From Octopus bimaculoides (lineage: Eukaryota): 64,000 nucleotides of DNA. This document shows, piece by piece, positions 53,270 through 64,000 of the stretch. Below the pieces are notes generated by a model, which was not told the DNA's origin, did no database searches, and was given only the letters and a program-made list of their open reading frames with translations. Every line of letters starts with the position of its first letter. Positions within the stretch are counted from its first letter, which is position 1. Location: assembly GCF_001194135.2 (NCBI RefSeq), contig NC_068992.1, positions 30,161,816-30,225,815 of the forward strand. The letters are read 5' to 3'. The position numbers and the translations under genes are program-made.

Positions 53270-54119
53270 CATACATACACGCACATGCACAGACACATAT
53301 ATGAAGTACATGGCGTTTCCAATGTACGGCTGCTTGTTCGGTTGAATCTGATGTATTTAATGCAGTCAAAAAAAGGTTACATCAAAATGTATAATCCACT
53401 ACAATATGTGAAATGTTTTAAACACTTAAGAATTGAAATATCGACGAGGAAATAGCCAACACGATTTGGACTAGTTATTATATATCGAAGATGTAGCATG
53501 AAACAAGCAGATAAGAAACGAAGTGATCATGTAAATGTACAGTTTCAGCTCACTTATCTAAATCAGCGTATGGCTTTAAAATGACTCCGAATAAACTAAG
53601 AAACAACATTGTGGTAACATTAGTTGTACTTAGAATGTCATCAAAATCTGAGCAGTTATTTTCTATTTGTCTACAGAGAGTGCCCTTATGCCATATATAT
53701 ATATTATTATTGCTAACAGAAAGTGCAAATGGTTACATTGTGAATGTTTACATTGAAAAGTGTACACGGGAAGGAGACCGAATGCCCGGAAACTTGATAA
53801 TTTTGATGTCACGTAGCGTGAATGACGGAGTGGTGTCAGGCCCAGAACTCTCCACTATTCCCGGACAGATTTTTATACATCAGTTGAGCTTACAGAATAT
53901 TTATTGGATAAAGGCATAGGACTGTGTGGAACAACTTTGATCAACTGAAGGTCTTTCCCAAAGTATCTCAAAAGAACTAACAGGCAAATTCAAAAAGGGG
54001 TATCAGTGGTTCTATTCAATGGAATCGTAGCAGCGATAGTACGGATGGACAAACGCCCCATATATTTTGTTTGGCTAATTTATGTAGATTCACCCATACG
54101 TGTGAATGTGACTCACGAA

Positions 54120-54360
54120 GGAGCGTGTCTAGGTGGTTAGGGAATTCTATTCAGGCCACTCAGCTGGCAAAAATTAGTAGTACTTCTGTTTGAAATTGCC
54201 AGCCCTGGCACACAGTGTGTCGCACTGAACAACCCCGACAATTGCGTCGAGGGTACACTTGTCTCTTGACTGCTCAGCCATACACGTTAATTCCATGGGC
54301 AGGCTTTTACGTTTTTCGGATCAACTAAAACCGTCGTTATCGTAACTGACGGAGTGCCAG
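54120..54360 (+). mobile_element. SINE family D copy (decayed)
   Basis: tRNA-like start gtctaggtggttaggg, with body ...gggtacacttgtc...cacgttaatt...ggatcaact...cgtaactgacggagtgcc. Confidence 0.5.
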
Positions 54361-54404
54361 AATGTGAATGATGTATGCGTGCCGTCGCGAATGTACATAT
54401 TCGA

Positions 54405-54495
54405 TTATTCCTGTTTGCTTTTATTTCAGTCATTTGACTGCGGCCTAGAAGGGTTATAGTTGAAGAAATAAACACTAAGACTTATTCTGGATCTA
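54405..54495 (-). mobile_element. SINE family A 3' fragment
   Basis: tttcagtcatttgactgcggcc. Confidence 0.65.
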
Positions 54496-54729
54496 TCTCA
54501 AAACGGAGGCACCAGTTTTCATTTATGTTTTATGTACTGTTTTTGGTACCGAAAGATTTTCAAACTTCGTATACTTATCTATTTTGTGTTATAGAACAGA
54601 AAAAAAAAAAAAAATTGTATTCGAATTTATTTCATGTAAAAAATTGTCTCATTTCGATAATTTCTACTAATCACTGACGTCTATTCAGTTGAAAACAGTT
54701 AGCGCTGTAACGGTGTATATCGTATTAAT

Positions 54730-54812
54730 CCCCTAACCCTAACCCTAACCCTAACTAGACTGTTAACCCTCACCCTAACTCTAAACCTAACCCTAAAACT
54801 AACCCTAACTCT
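54730..54812. repeat. Degenerate telomere-like (CCCTAA)n tract running into an ~810-N gap
   Basis: ccctaaccctaaccctaaccctaactagactgttaaccctcaccctaactctaaacctaaccctaa. Confidence 0.8.
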
Positions 54813-55622
54813 NNNNNNNNNNNNNNNNNNNNNNNNNNNNNNNNNNNNNNNNNNNNNNNNNNNNNNNNNNNNNNNNNNNNNNNNNNNNNNNNNNNNNNNN
54901 NNNNNNNNNNNNNNNNNNNNNNNNNNNNNNNNNNNNNNNNNNNNNNNNNNNNNNNNNNNNNNNNNNNNNNNNNNNNNNNNNNNNNNNNNNNNNNNNNNNN
55001 NNNNNNNNNNNNNNNNNNNNNNNNNNNNNNNNNNNNNNNNNNNNNNNNNNNNNNNNNNNNNNNNNNNNNNNNNNNNNNNNNNNNNNNNNNNNNNNNNNNN
55101 NNNNNNNNNNNNNNNNNNNNNNNNNNNNNNNNNNNNNNNNNNNNNNNNNNNNNNNNNNNNNNNNNNNNNNNNNNNNNNNNNNNNNNNNNNNNNNNNNNNN
55201 NNNNNNNNNNNNNNNNNNNNNNNNNNNNNNNNNNNNNNNNNNNNNNNNNNNNNNNNNNNNNNNNNNNNNNNNNNNNNNNNNNNNNNNNNNNNNNNNNNNN
55301 NNNNNNNNNNNNNNNNNNNNNNNNNNNNNNNNNNNNNNNNNNNNNNNNNNNNNNNNNNNNNNNNNNNNNNNNNNNNNNNNNNNNNNNNNNNNNNNNNNNN
55401 NNNNNNNNNNNNNNNNNNNNNNNNNNNNNNNNNNNNNNNNNNNNNNNNNNNNNNNNNNNNNNNNNNNNNNNNNNNNNNNNNNNNNNNNNNNNNNNNNNNN
55501 NNNNNNNNNNNNNNNNNNNNNNNNNNNNNNNNNNNNNNNNNNNNNNNNNNNNNNNNNNNNNNNNNNNNNNNNNNNNNNNNNNNNNNNNNNNNNNNNNNNN
55601 NNNNNNNNNNNNNNNNNNNNNN

Positions 55623-55653
<31 letters not shown>

Positions 55654-56099
55654 ACAAACACAAACACGCACACACATATGTATATATATTAATTTAACGA
55701 GAGGTATAATCGTGTGTTGCCAATATCTTATAATTACGCCACAAAGATCTAATGCAGTGCCGAGAATTGTTCGACTAACACAACACCAATGCAGAAGCAT
55801 CAGAAATGTCATACTGACCATCAAAAAGGTGACATTTCTATAAAATATGTGAGGTGCTCGTATCCAAACTCCTAAACAACATCCTCAAAATGATCTTCTA
55901 TACTGCTTTGGTATCGTCTGTACTTTCGTACATTTTATATGCAACCATATAAGCATGTATGCGTTTTTGCTTTGACCTCGTGGCATAATGATAAGAAACT
56001 ATTAGTAGCTCTTATTTTACTACAGGATACATTAGATAACATGTACCGTTTTTACTCGAAGGTTTAGTTTTTACTGATCTTCCAGGAACTGATGTGTGT

Positions 56100-56142
<43 letters not shown>

Positions 56143-56704
56143 NNNNNNNNNNNNNNNNNNNNNNNNNNNNNNNNNNNNNNNNNNNNNNNNNNNNNNNNNN
56201 NNNNNNNNNNNNNNNNNNNNNNNNNNNNNNNNNNNNNNNNNNNNNNNNNNNNNNNNNNNNNNNNNNNNNNNNNNNNNNNNNNNNNNNNNNNNNNNNNAAA
56301 TTAAATAATGAGGGTAGAAATTGATATTAATCAATTAAAACTAGTGGCTTAGCATATTAAAAAAATCCGAAGATTAAACATTTTATTACGTACACATTAA
56401 GAAGACTAAGACTCTTTCGAGTCAAGGTTCTCTGTCTTGTTCTGGAAATTCTATTTTGTGAGCGATTGACTATGCTGTGGAGTTTGCAGATATTTACATT
56501 CATAAATATTAACAAACGGAATCATGGTATGTAGATAATTGTTTTTATTTCGTATATTTTCATTTGTCTTGCTCATTTTTACATTCTGGCGTTTGCTGAA
56601 ATTTTCTTGAGAACACACTCTTCATGGTAACGCGATTTCACATCAGCCTTTAGCATATTAGGAATCCACTTTGGTGGTCATTCCTCTTAATTTGTATATA
56701 TATA

Positions 56705-57100
56705 TGTTTCAGTCATTTGGCTGTGACTGTTTTGGAGCACCGCTTTAAATGTATTTTTAGAGGAGGAAATAGACCCCAGGCCTTATTATTTGTAAGCCTA
56801 GTATTTAACCCATTGGTATGTTATGCCGAACCGCTAAGTTACGGGAACATAAGCACACTGGCATCGGTTATCAAGCGATGGTAGAAGGATAAACACAGAC
56901 ACAAATACACACTCACATAGATATATACATATACATATATACGAAGAGCTTCTTTTCAGTTTCCGTCTACCGAATCTACTCACAAGGTTTTAGTCGGCCC
57001 GAGCCAATAGCAGAAGACATCCGATGTGACACGCAGAGGGACTGAAACCGGGACCATGTGTTTGGATAGCAAGCTTCTTACCACACAGCCATGCTTGCAC
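56705..57100 (-). mobile_element. Full-length SINE family A copy
   Basis: Same head-microsatellite-tail layout as 52537-52935. Confidence 0.85.
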
Positions 57101-57792
57101 CTGGATATGTATACACACACACACACGCACGCACGCATACACGCATGCACACAAGCACGCATGTAAATATATCTATGCAAATAAGGTCACTGCGATTCTG
57201 CACATAGTATGTCTACAAATTTAAATATGCAAGACATAATTCGGCCCGTGGCCATTCTAGCATGTATACGTAAAAATGTGAAGTATATCCTGCCTAAGAC
57301 TACTTCGCATTTTACCTTTTTCGAGATCGATAATATAATGCACAAATAATGTACTGCAGTCGATATAATCAACAATAGTCTCCTGGCTGTGTAAATGTGT
57401 TTAAATCAATAAAATCTTTGTCAATAACTTTCACTTTAAGAGAAGTGTAACAATTTTGCGATATTCTTTTGCAGGTTTTCTTCCATAAAATCATTAGCGA
57501 AACACAGATTTCGTGTTAATATGGAAATATTTCAGTAAACTGAGTTCAACCGAATTCATAAGTTGTGTTTAATTTTTTTTTTTTAGTGTGTGTGTAGTGT
57601 TAAAGTGCATACATTTCGCAATTAAAATTCACCTTCATAATTAAAATATACTTTCACGCTATATCGTAAATCGCTGCAGGTTATATTTAGATGTCTTACT
57701 TATAGATTCTATGCTCACTCTCATTCTGTATCCCCTCTCTCTCTGTGTATATATGTATATATAGCTATATACATATATGTCCGTGTGTGTGA

Positions 57793-57845
<53 letters not shown>

Positions 57846-58154
57846 TATATTTGTATGTATGCATACATGCATGTATGTATGTGTGTAGAAATAGGTTTGC
57901 GACAGTACCTGCTGAGAGAATAGCTGCCAGAAAATTTTATGATTAGAGACTACTTATCTATACAAAAGTGCGAGCTGTGAAAAGTTCCTTGCGTTTTAAA
58001 ATGGCTCATATTTCCAGTGCTGTTCCTCTGATGTACTGTATTCTATTCACACACCATATTTTAAAAATCTGGAACTAATGGAATATGCCACCTGAAATTT
58101 TACAACATGCTAACTCCTTTGATTAAAGTATGATTAACATTTAAATTTTTATGA

Positions 58155-58335
58155 AGGCCTCGTGTTGGCAGAATCGTTAGCACGCTGATGGATCTACTTG
58201 GTGCCATTTTGTCTACCTTTACATTCAAATACCCACGGTTTCGATTTCGTTTACCTTCCTTTCGGGCTCAATAAAATAAGTACCAGTTCAACCCAGGGAA
58301 CAATGTAGCTGACACAGTCCCTCCCTTCTGGCCTT
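58155..58335 (+). mobile_element. SINE family B copy (decayed)
   Basis: ttggcagaatcgttagcacgc...aataaaataagtaccagtt. Confidence 0.7.
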
Positions 58336-59536
58336 GTGCGAATAATTGTAACTTATATTTAAAGATTTTCTTGTAAATAATTCAAATTTATAGTCAGTCA
58401 CCTCAATAACTCTACGGCATAACTTTGCCGTATCCAGCAAGCAACAATCTTCTACTTGGTCTTTGACTTTTAATATATAGATACAAATTTTCCGTTATTT
58501 AATTTTATTTTTACTAAATTTTATTATGCAGTTAGTGTAAATTTCTTTTCGATCAGAAGAACCATGTTAATAAACGAGTGCTTTAGCTTTGTCTGTATGG
58601 ACTTGTTCATACATTAATTTTAAAACAGTTTCTCTTTCAATTCGGAATTTTTGCAAGGACTCTAACTTTTGAAGCGTGGCACAGTGGTTGGGTTTTGTAC
58701 TCACGATCACCAGATCGTGGGCTCTGTTCAGCAACGGGCAATGTGTTGTATTTTTTGGCAAAAATTTCTTTACACATTGTCATAGTATTGTGTGGGTATC
58801 GGTATGCCAAATGCCAAAGAATTGGTTCAACAGGTTTTCGTAAAATGCAACCAAATTAGGTTGTGGTAGGATTTACGCACCAACTTCGTAAAACCATCAC
58901 TATCCAAATGATTATCCAAACAAAACCATGACTTGGAGAGGTGTCACCTGACTGGTGCAAAGGTGACCGAAAGTGAATTGGAATAACTACCGACAGGTAG
59001 ATATGGTGATGTGTCGTTAGAACGCTGTCCCAAATACAGTTGCGTATATTATTCTGACTTAATGTCCCCACAAAATTCATATGATTCATTTCATTTAGCT
59101 TAAATTCTAAAAAAAAAAAAAAACCCAAAACAATATTCATTACATTCTAAACAATATTTATTTCATAATACAAATATATANNNNNNNNNNNNNNNNNNNN
59201 NNNNNNNNNNNNNNNNNNNNNNNNNNNNNNNNNNNNNNNNNNNNNNNNNNNNNNNNNNNNNNNNNNNNNNNNNNNNNNNNNNNNNNNNNNNNNNNNNNNN
59301 NNNNNNNNNNNNNNNNNNNNNNNNNNNNNNNNNNNNNNNNNNNNNNNNNNNNNNNNNNNNNNNNNNNNNNNNNNNNNNNNNNNNNNNNNNNNNNNNNNNN
59401 NNNNNNNNNNNNNNNNNNNNNNNNNNNNNNNNNNNNNNNNNNNNNNNNNNNNNNNNNNNNNNNNNNNNNNNNNNNNNNNNNNNNNNNNNNNNNNNNNNNN
59501 NNNNNNNNNNNNNNNNNNNNNNNNNNNCATATAAAA

Positions 59537-59762
59537 AAGGTGGCGAGATGGGAGAAACATTAGCGCACCGGGCAAAGTGCTTAGCGGTATTTCGTCTGTA
59601 TTTACGTTCAGAGTTCAAATTCCACCTGTGTAGACTTTGCCTTTCGAGGTCGTTAAATTAAGTACCAGTTGCATACTGGTGTCGACCTAATCGACTGGAC
59701 CCCTCCGTAATTGTTTTACACGGTGGTGCATCAGCATGGCCGCAGCTCTAAGCTGAAACTTA
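59537..59762 (+). mobile_element. SINE family B copy followed by a family A-type 3' end
   Basis: aaggtggcgagatgggagaaacattagcgcaccgggc...gagttcaaattcc...aagtaccagttgcatactgg...; then ggtggtgcatcagcatggccgcagc...gctgaaac. Confidence 0.8.
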
Positions 59763-59776
59763 AAAAAAAAATACAT

Positions 59777-59811
<35 letters not shown>

Positions 59812-60230
59812 GATATATAACACACTTTAACTGAGGCATGTGCATATGTATATATTAAAGAAGAAAAAAATAAACAATAATGAGTGTCCAGTAGTTGGTT
59901 CAGTATGCTGACCACAGGGATTTCTGTCCAAGAGAGTTGTACATCATCGCCCTGTATCTCTCACATACCCACTCTTCATGTTTCTCTTATTATTATTCCC
60001 ATTGCCACTAATTTTAATAAAAACTTTATCAACTCTCCCTAAAGTTCATTGTCTTTCTTTTCTTTCTCTTTTTCTCTCCTTCTCTCTGTTTTCGTCACCG
60101 CTCTCATCGTCTCTATACCTACTATTAATCTCAATCCAGCACGAGGGAGTGTCATTGATCCATGTGAGAGGAGGGATCAAAGTGTGATAGACTGACACGC
60201 AGAAATTAGTTTCCCCATTTATTATATTAG

Positions 60231-60261
<31 letters not shown>

Positions 60262-60326
60262 TGTGTAGGCTTACAGGCATTTCAGATTAAATTTCAAGAG
60301 TTGCTATGCTTCTTTTCTTTCTTCAG

Positions 60327-60419
60327 GAAAACCTTAGAGTATTGGCCAATAATGATTGAAGCAGTTGTACCTGAGAAACAGCAAGTTGATATGGAAGAGA
60401 GGAAGTCATCTGAATATTG
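60327..60419 (+). CDS. Candidate 93-nt symmetric exon (KTLEYWPIMIEAVVPEKQQVDMEERKSSEY)
   Basis: Strong acceptor tgctatgcttcttttctttcttcag, donor TG|gtaaag, open phase 2-2 frame with coding-like composition. Confidence 0.4.
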
Positions 60420-62111
60420 GTAAAGAGTTAACTGTATGATGATATTTGGTGCCGTAATGTTTTTTGTCTTCAGCAAAGGTGATATCATATCACCCCATAG
60501 ATAACTAAATAGCAATAAATCTTTTGATAGCTATCCAGTTGCTCTAGCTTCACACTGGTAGGATAAACAGCGTGTTTAGGGATGATACCGTCATATCACA
60601 TGATGACTATTTGGCACATACTTATATCCCAATATACGCCTACACACACACATAACTATGCATATATTAAAAAAAACAATGTTGTATGGTTGTACGAAAA
60701 CTCTCTCACCAATCAATCCAATTTGTACGTATGTGTGTGTGTGTATGTATTTGCATACATCTATATAAGTATACATCCAGCAAGTAATATATATACTCAT
60801 ATATGCATATATGCCACAAAGAACATACTGTTCTATCAAAACTATTTCACTAGTCTATCGAATTTGGTAGAAGTTTAATCTCTTGCGTTATACATGATGA
60901 TTGTAGACACTACTTCTCAGAAGAAAGACTGTTAACAATCTTTGATATGGATTGTTTGGTTGTCTAAGATCATCTCTTATCCGAGCATCCATAGCAAAAG
61001 ATTAAAATTGTTTACATTTTCCAGAAATCTTACACACGCTCAATGACTGTGTTTTCATATAGATTTTATTTGAAATATACGCCGAAGTTCTCTCTGCGGC
61101 ATGAAAATCCAATTCAATGATAACTGACATATCGATCAAAATACGATTATAAATAGTTTTATCTTTAAACCAACATCAAAGTGTGCATTAGTCAAATTGA
61201 ATTATTACAAATACATCGATGAATTCCTATTTAGAAGTATCTTCCAAGATATGATTCGTGAAATAACTGTTATTANNNNNNNNNNATATATATATATATA
61301 TATAAGGATAAATGTATAGATAAATATATTTGTGTATACACACATATATAATCACATATAATCATCTATACAGCTATAAGCATGTATACGCATATGTGTG
61401 TGTATATATACATAGCTACATATGTGTATATGTCTATCCCTATACATACTGTATGTGTATATATATGCATACATAGAGTAAATGCATACTCACACACTCT
61501 CACATTTAAAGTGAGGGTGAAAGGAAAAAACAGTAAAACCATGAAAGAATGTGCGCCTGTTGTACTAAGACATACGTCGAACTGAGATTTTGTAGCAATT
61601 TGTTTGCTTTCACTTTCGATGCAAAATACATAAACCTTTAATTTGTGAATTCGCAACAGGGGAACAGTTTTGAAATTCAATCTAGAACATTATTATGTTA
61701 GTAACACTACAGAGATTTTCATTTTGTTCATTTTTCTAAAGCAAATTTACAGGGGTAATCACGTCTGAGCACTGTATTATTTGCTTTTGACAAATGAGTG
61801 AAAATTGCATGTGTTTTAAGTTGCCTGGATTCATAAGATACGTGTTATACAGTAATTGCACACATATCGTTAAGAATCCAATTTTTAAATTTAGGAATCA
61901 TGATGTAAAATTTTGATTATAGGTTATGCTAAAATTCGCACATCCTATCTAAAATTTGTCCATTACGATCCGTCAGTTGGTATATGAACCGTATCTTCAA
62001 AATATTTCATAAATGTTCGCAAATATAAATGCAGACACATGAACTTCTATATGTATATACATTTACAATCAAATGCATGTATATACATACACATATACAT
62101 ACATAACGATA

Positions 62112-62153
<42 letters not shown>

Positions 62154-62224
62154 GAATTCCATATATAGCTACTTCTATCCATCTATCCATCTATCAACCT
62201 CTGTATCAACCTCTCTCTCTCTAT

Positions 62225-62385
62225 TTTCTAATAATTAAAACTATACTTCTGAGTTCAAATTCCACCGAGATCGACCTTGCTATTCATCATTTCGGAGTCA
62301 ATAAAATGAGTACCAGTTCAGCACTGAGGTCGATGTAATCAACTCATTCCTTTCCCAGAACTTGCTGAGCTTGTGCCAGCATTTG
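62225..62385 (+). mobile_element. SINE family B copy
   Basis: ttctgagttcaaattccaccgagatcgaccttgc...gagtaccagttcagcactgaggtcgatgtaatc. Confidence 0.75.
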
Positions 62386-63044
62386 AAATTGATAATAACA
62401 ACTGTACTTGCTCTAAATAATTTTGCGTATGTTCCCACGTAGCTCGAATCCAGCTGTTTCTTTTGTCTTCGTTGCTCGTATTTGTTCAGAATCTCATGAT
62501 CTTTTGTGTTGCTGTATTTTAAAAACAGCTCACTTAACCTTTCGTCATTCTCGGCTGGTTCAATTTAGCCTTACTCTTCTCTTTATACCTTTCTCCGAAT
62601 AAAAGTTATTTATAAAAACTGAGTTTTTTTTTTATACTTGATGGCATTTTGTATACATTTTTATAAACCTGTACTACAAGCATTTTTCTCTTTAATTATT
62701 TCCTTGATCCAAAGCTGAAAAACTAGAAAACAAAACAATGGATCAGAACAAATTAACATACACCACGAAAAAAAAAAAAAAATCAGCCTTTGTGAATGAG
62801 AAACCTCTACAAACTTTCAAAATTGCTGAATCTAGAAGTGAGACTTCATAATAGCTGCCAAATCCTGGATGTAAAGTAACGAAAATTGAATGAACAGAGT
62901 AAAAAGTGATATGTTCCTATTAGGATTAAAATGGAAAAATTACCAAATAAGTTTCTCTCTCTTACAGACTCAGCCTTCGATTGTCAATTGGAATCATTGA
63001 TCCTTCCATCGTTTCATCTTCCCGTATGTTTACCCATCTGTCTA

Positions 63045-63079
<35 letters not shown>

Positions 63080-63199
63080 CTTTCACCTCTCTATGTGTTT
63101 CTCCTTCAGTCTTTGCTCTATGGTCTATTGTCTTTGGTCTATTTTTATTGTAATCTATTTCATTCTGTGGCGCATATAATTTCATTCTGTCTGTCTGTC

Positions 63200-63254
<55 letters not shown>

Positions 63255-63320
63255 TCCCCCTCTTTCTTCTCCCCTTCTCTCTCCCCCTCTCTTTCCTCCC
63301 CCCTCTCTCTCTCTCCCCAT
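63045..63320. repeat. (TCTA)n, (TCTG)n and CT-rich compound microsatellite
   Basis: Read directly from the sequence. Confidence 0.9.
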
Positions 63321-63804
63321 CTCTGTGTTTTCTGCAAAGGCTTCTCCTCAACCTTGCACACACCTGTTAATATTCCTTCACTTTCTCACCTCCAATATGC
63401 ACACATTTATCCGTCTTATAATAATTTTCTGTGTTCGTGTGCTGGGACGTTTTACACGTTTTACACGTTTTACACAGCTAGTAAACGCTATAAAGCGCCA
63501 AAAAATGCAATACAGCATATGCATTGAAATTACATGTAAACACTGAAGTATAAATACAAATAAACCCACACAAAATAAGGAATCGTGAAAATCCCTAAAA
63601 ATTTACGATATATTTTAAAGTACGATATGCAAAACAATTCTAAACTATTTAAATTAGTTCTCCGTTCAAAGTGGGAATGCTGGCTTTAATGTGAAAGTGG
63701 TACATAGAATTTATACAATGTCCGTAAAGCTTATTTTTCTTACGTATATATTCGTCAATCGATGTTTGTATACTGACTCTGATGTTGTGATTGATCATTA
63801 AACA

Positions 63805-63958
63805 GGCACAGGAATGGCTGTGTGTTTAGTAACCAACCAAATGGTCCTGGGTTCAGTCCCACTGTATGGCAGCCTGGGAAAGTGTCTTCTACTATAGCCT
63901 TGGGCAGACTAAAGTCTTGTAAGTGGATTTCGTAGACGGAAACTGAAAGAAGCCCGTC

Positions 63959-63962
<4 letters not shown>
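63805..63962 (+). mobile_element. SINE family A 5' half
   Basis: aggcacaggaatggctgtgtg...gggttcagtcccactg...gtagacggaaactgaaagaagcccgtcgt followed by (TA)n. Confidence 0.85.

Positions 63963-64000
<38 letters not shown>

Noticed and set aside
54730-54812. True chromosome end
   Set aside because: The tract is degenerate and internal, with ordinary sequence continuing on both sides, unless the scaffold is misjoined at the gap.

Overview
This is AT-rich, repeat-dense animal genomic DNA with 13 N-gaps, most of them flanked by (TA)n. The SINE/LINE families and microsatellite style resemble a coleoid cephalopod (Octopus-like, short-read assembly); that assignment is recognition from memory, not a database match. 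There are no long intact genes, and I saw no rRNA, true tRNA genes or CRISPR arrays. Almost all listed ORFs are microsatellite, gap or antisense artefacts. Well-supported content: decayed non-LTR retrotransposons (R4/Dong-like at 5.05-7.83 kb and 44.5 kb, Tx1/L1-like at 7.8-9.0 kb, CRE-like at 11.0-12.85 kb, a possible ORF1 remnant at 29.2-30.2 kb, RTE-like traces), two Tc1/mariner transposase relics (40.3-40.9 kb and 49.6-50.5 kb), a ~410 bp MITE, and about 20 SINE copies from about five families. Inferred from splice signals alone: (i) a + strand gene whose small exons (4567-4717, 18438-18462, 19389-19450) splice in phase into a Thr-rich linker plus the first half of a Sushi/CCP-like module; (ii) the 3' end of a - strand gene (43.5 kb and 41.2 kb exons, ending ...NGLCPC*); (iii) a bZIP-site cluster with a candidate first exon at 43.3 kb and an internal exon at 60.3 kb. 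The most unusual structures are a tRNA-headed SINE carrying a hammerhead-like core, a second minimal hammerhead-like motif, a spacer-less ~170 bp palindrome and a tail-to-tail inverted SINE pair. I cannot demonstrate a new biological system from sequence alone; all of these are testable leads.
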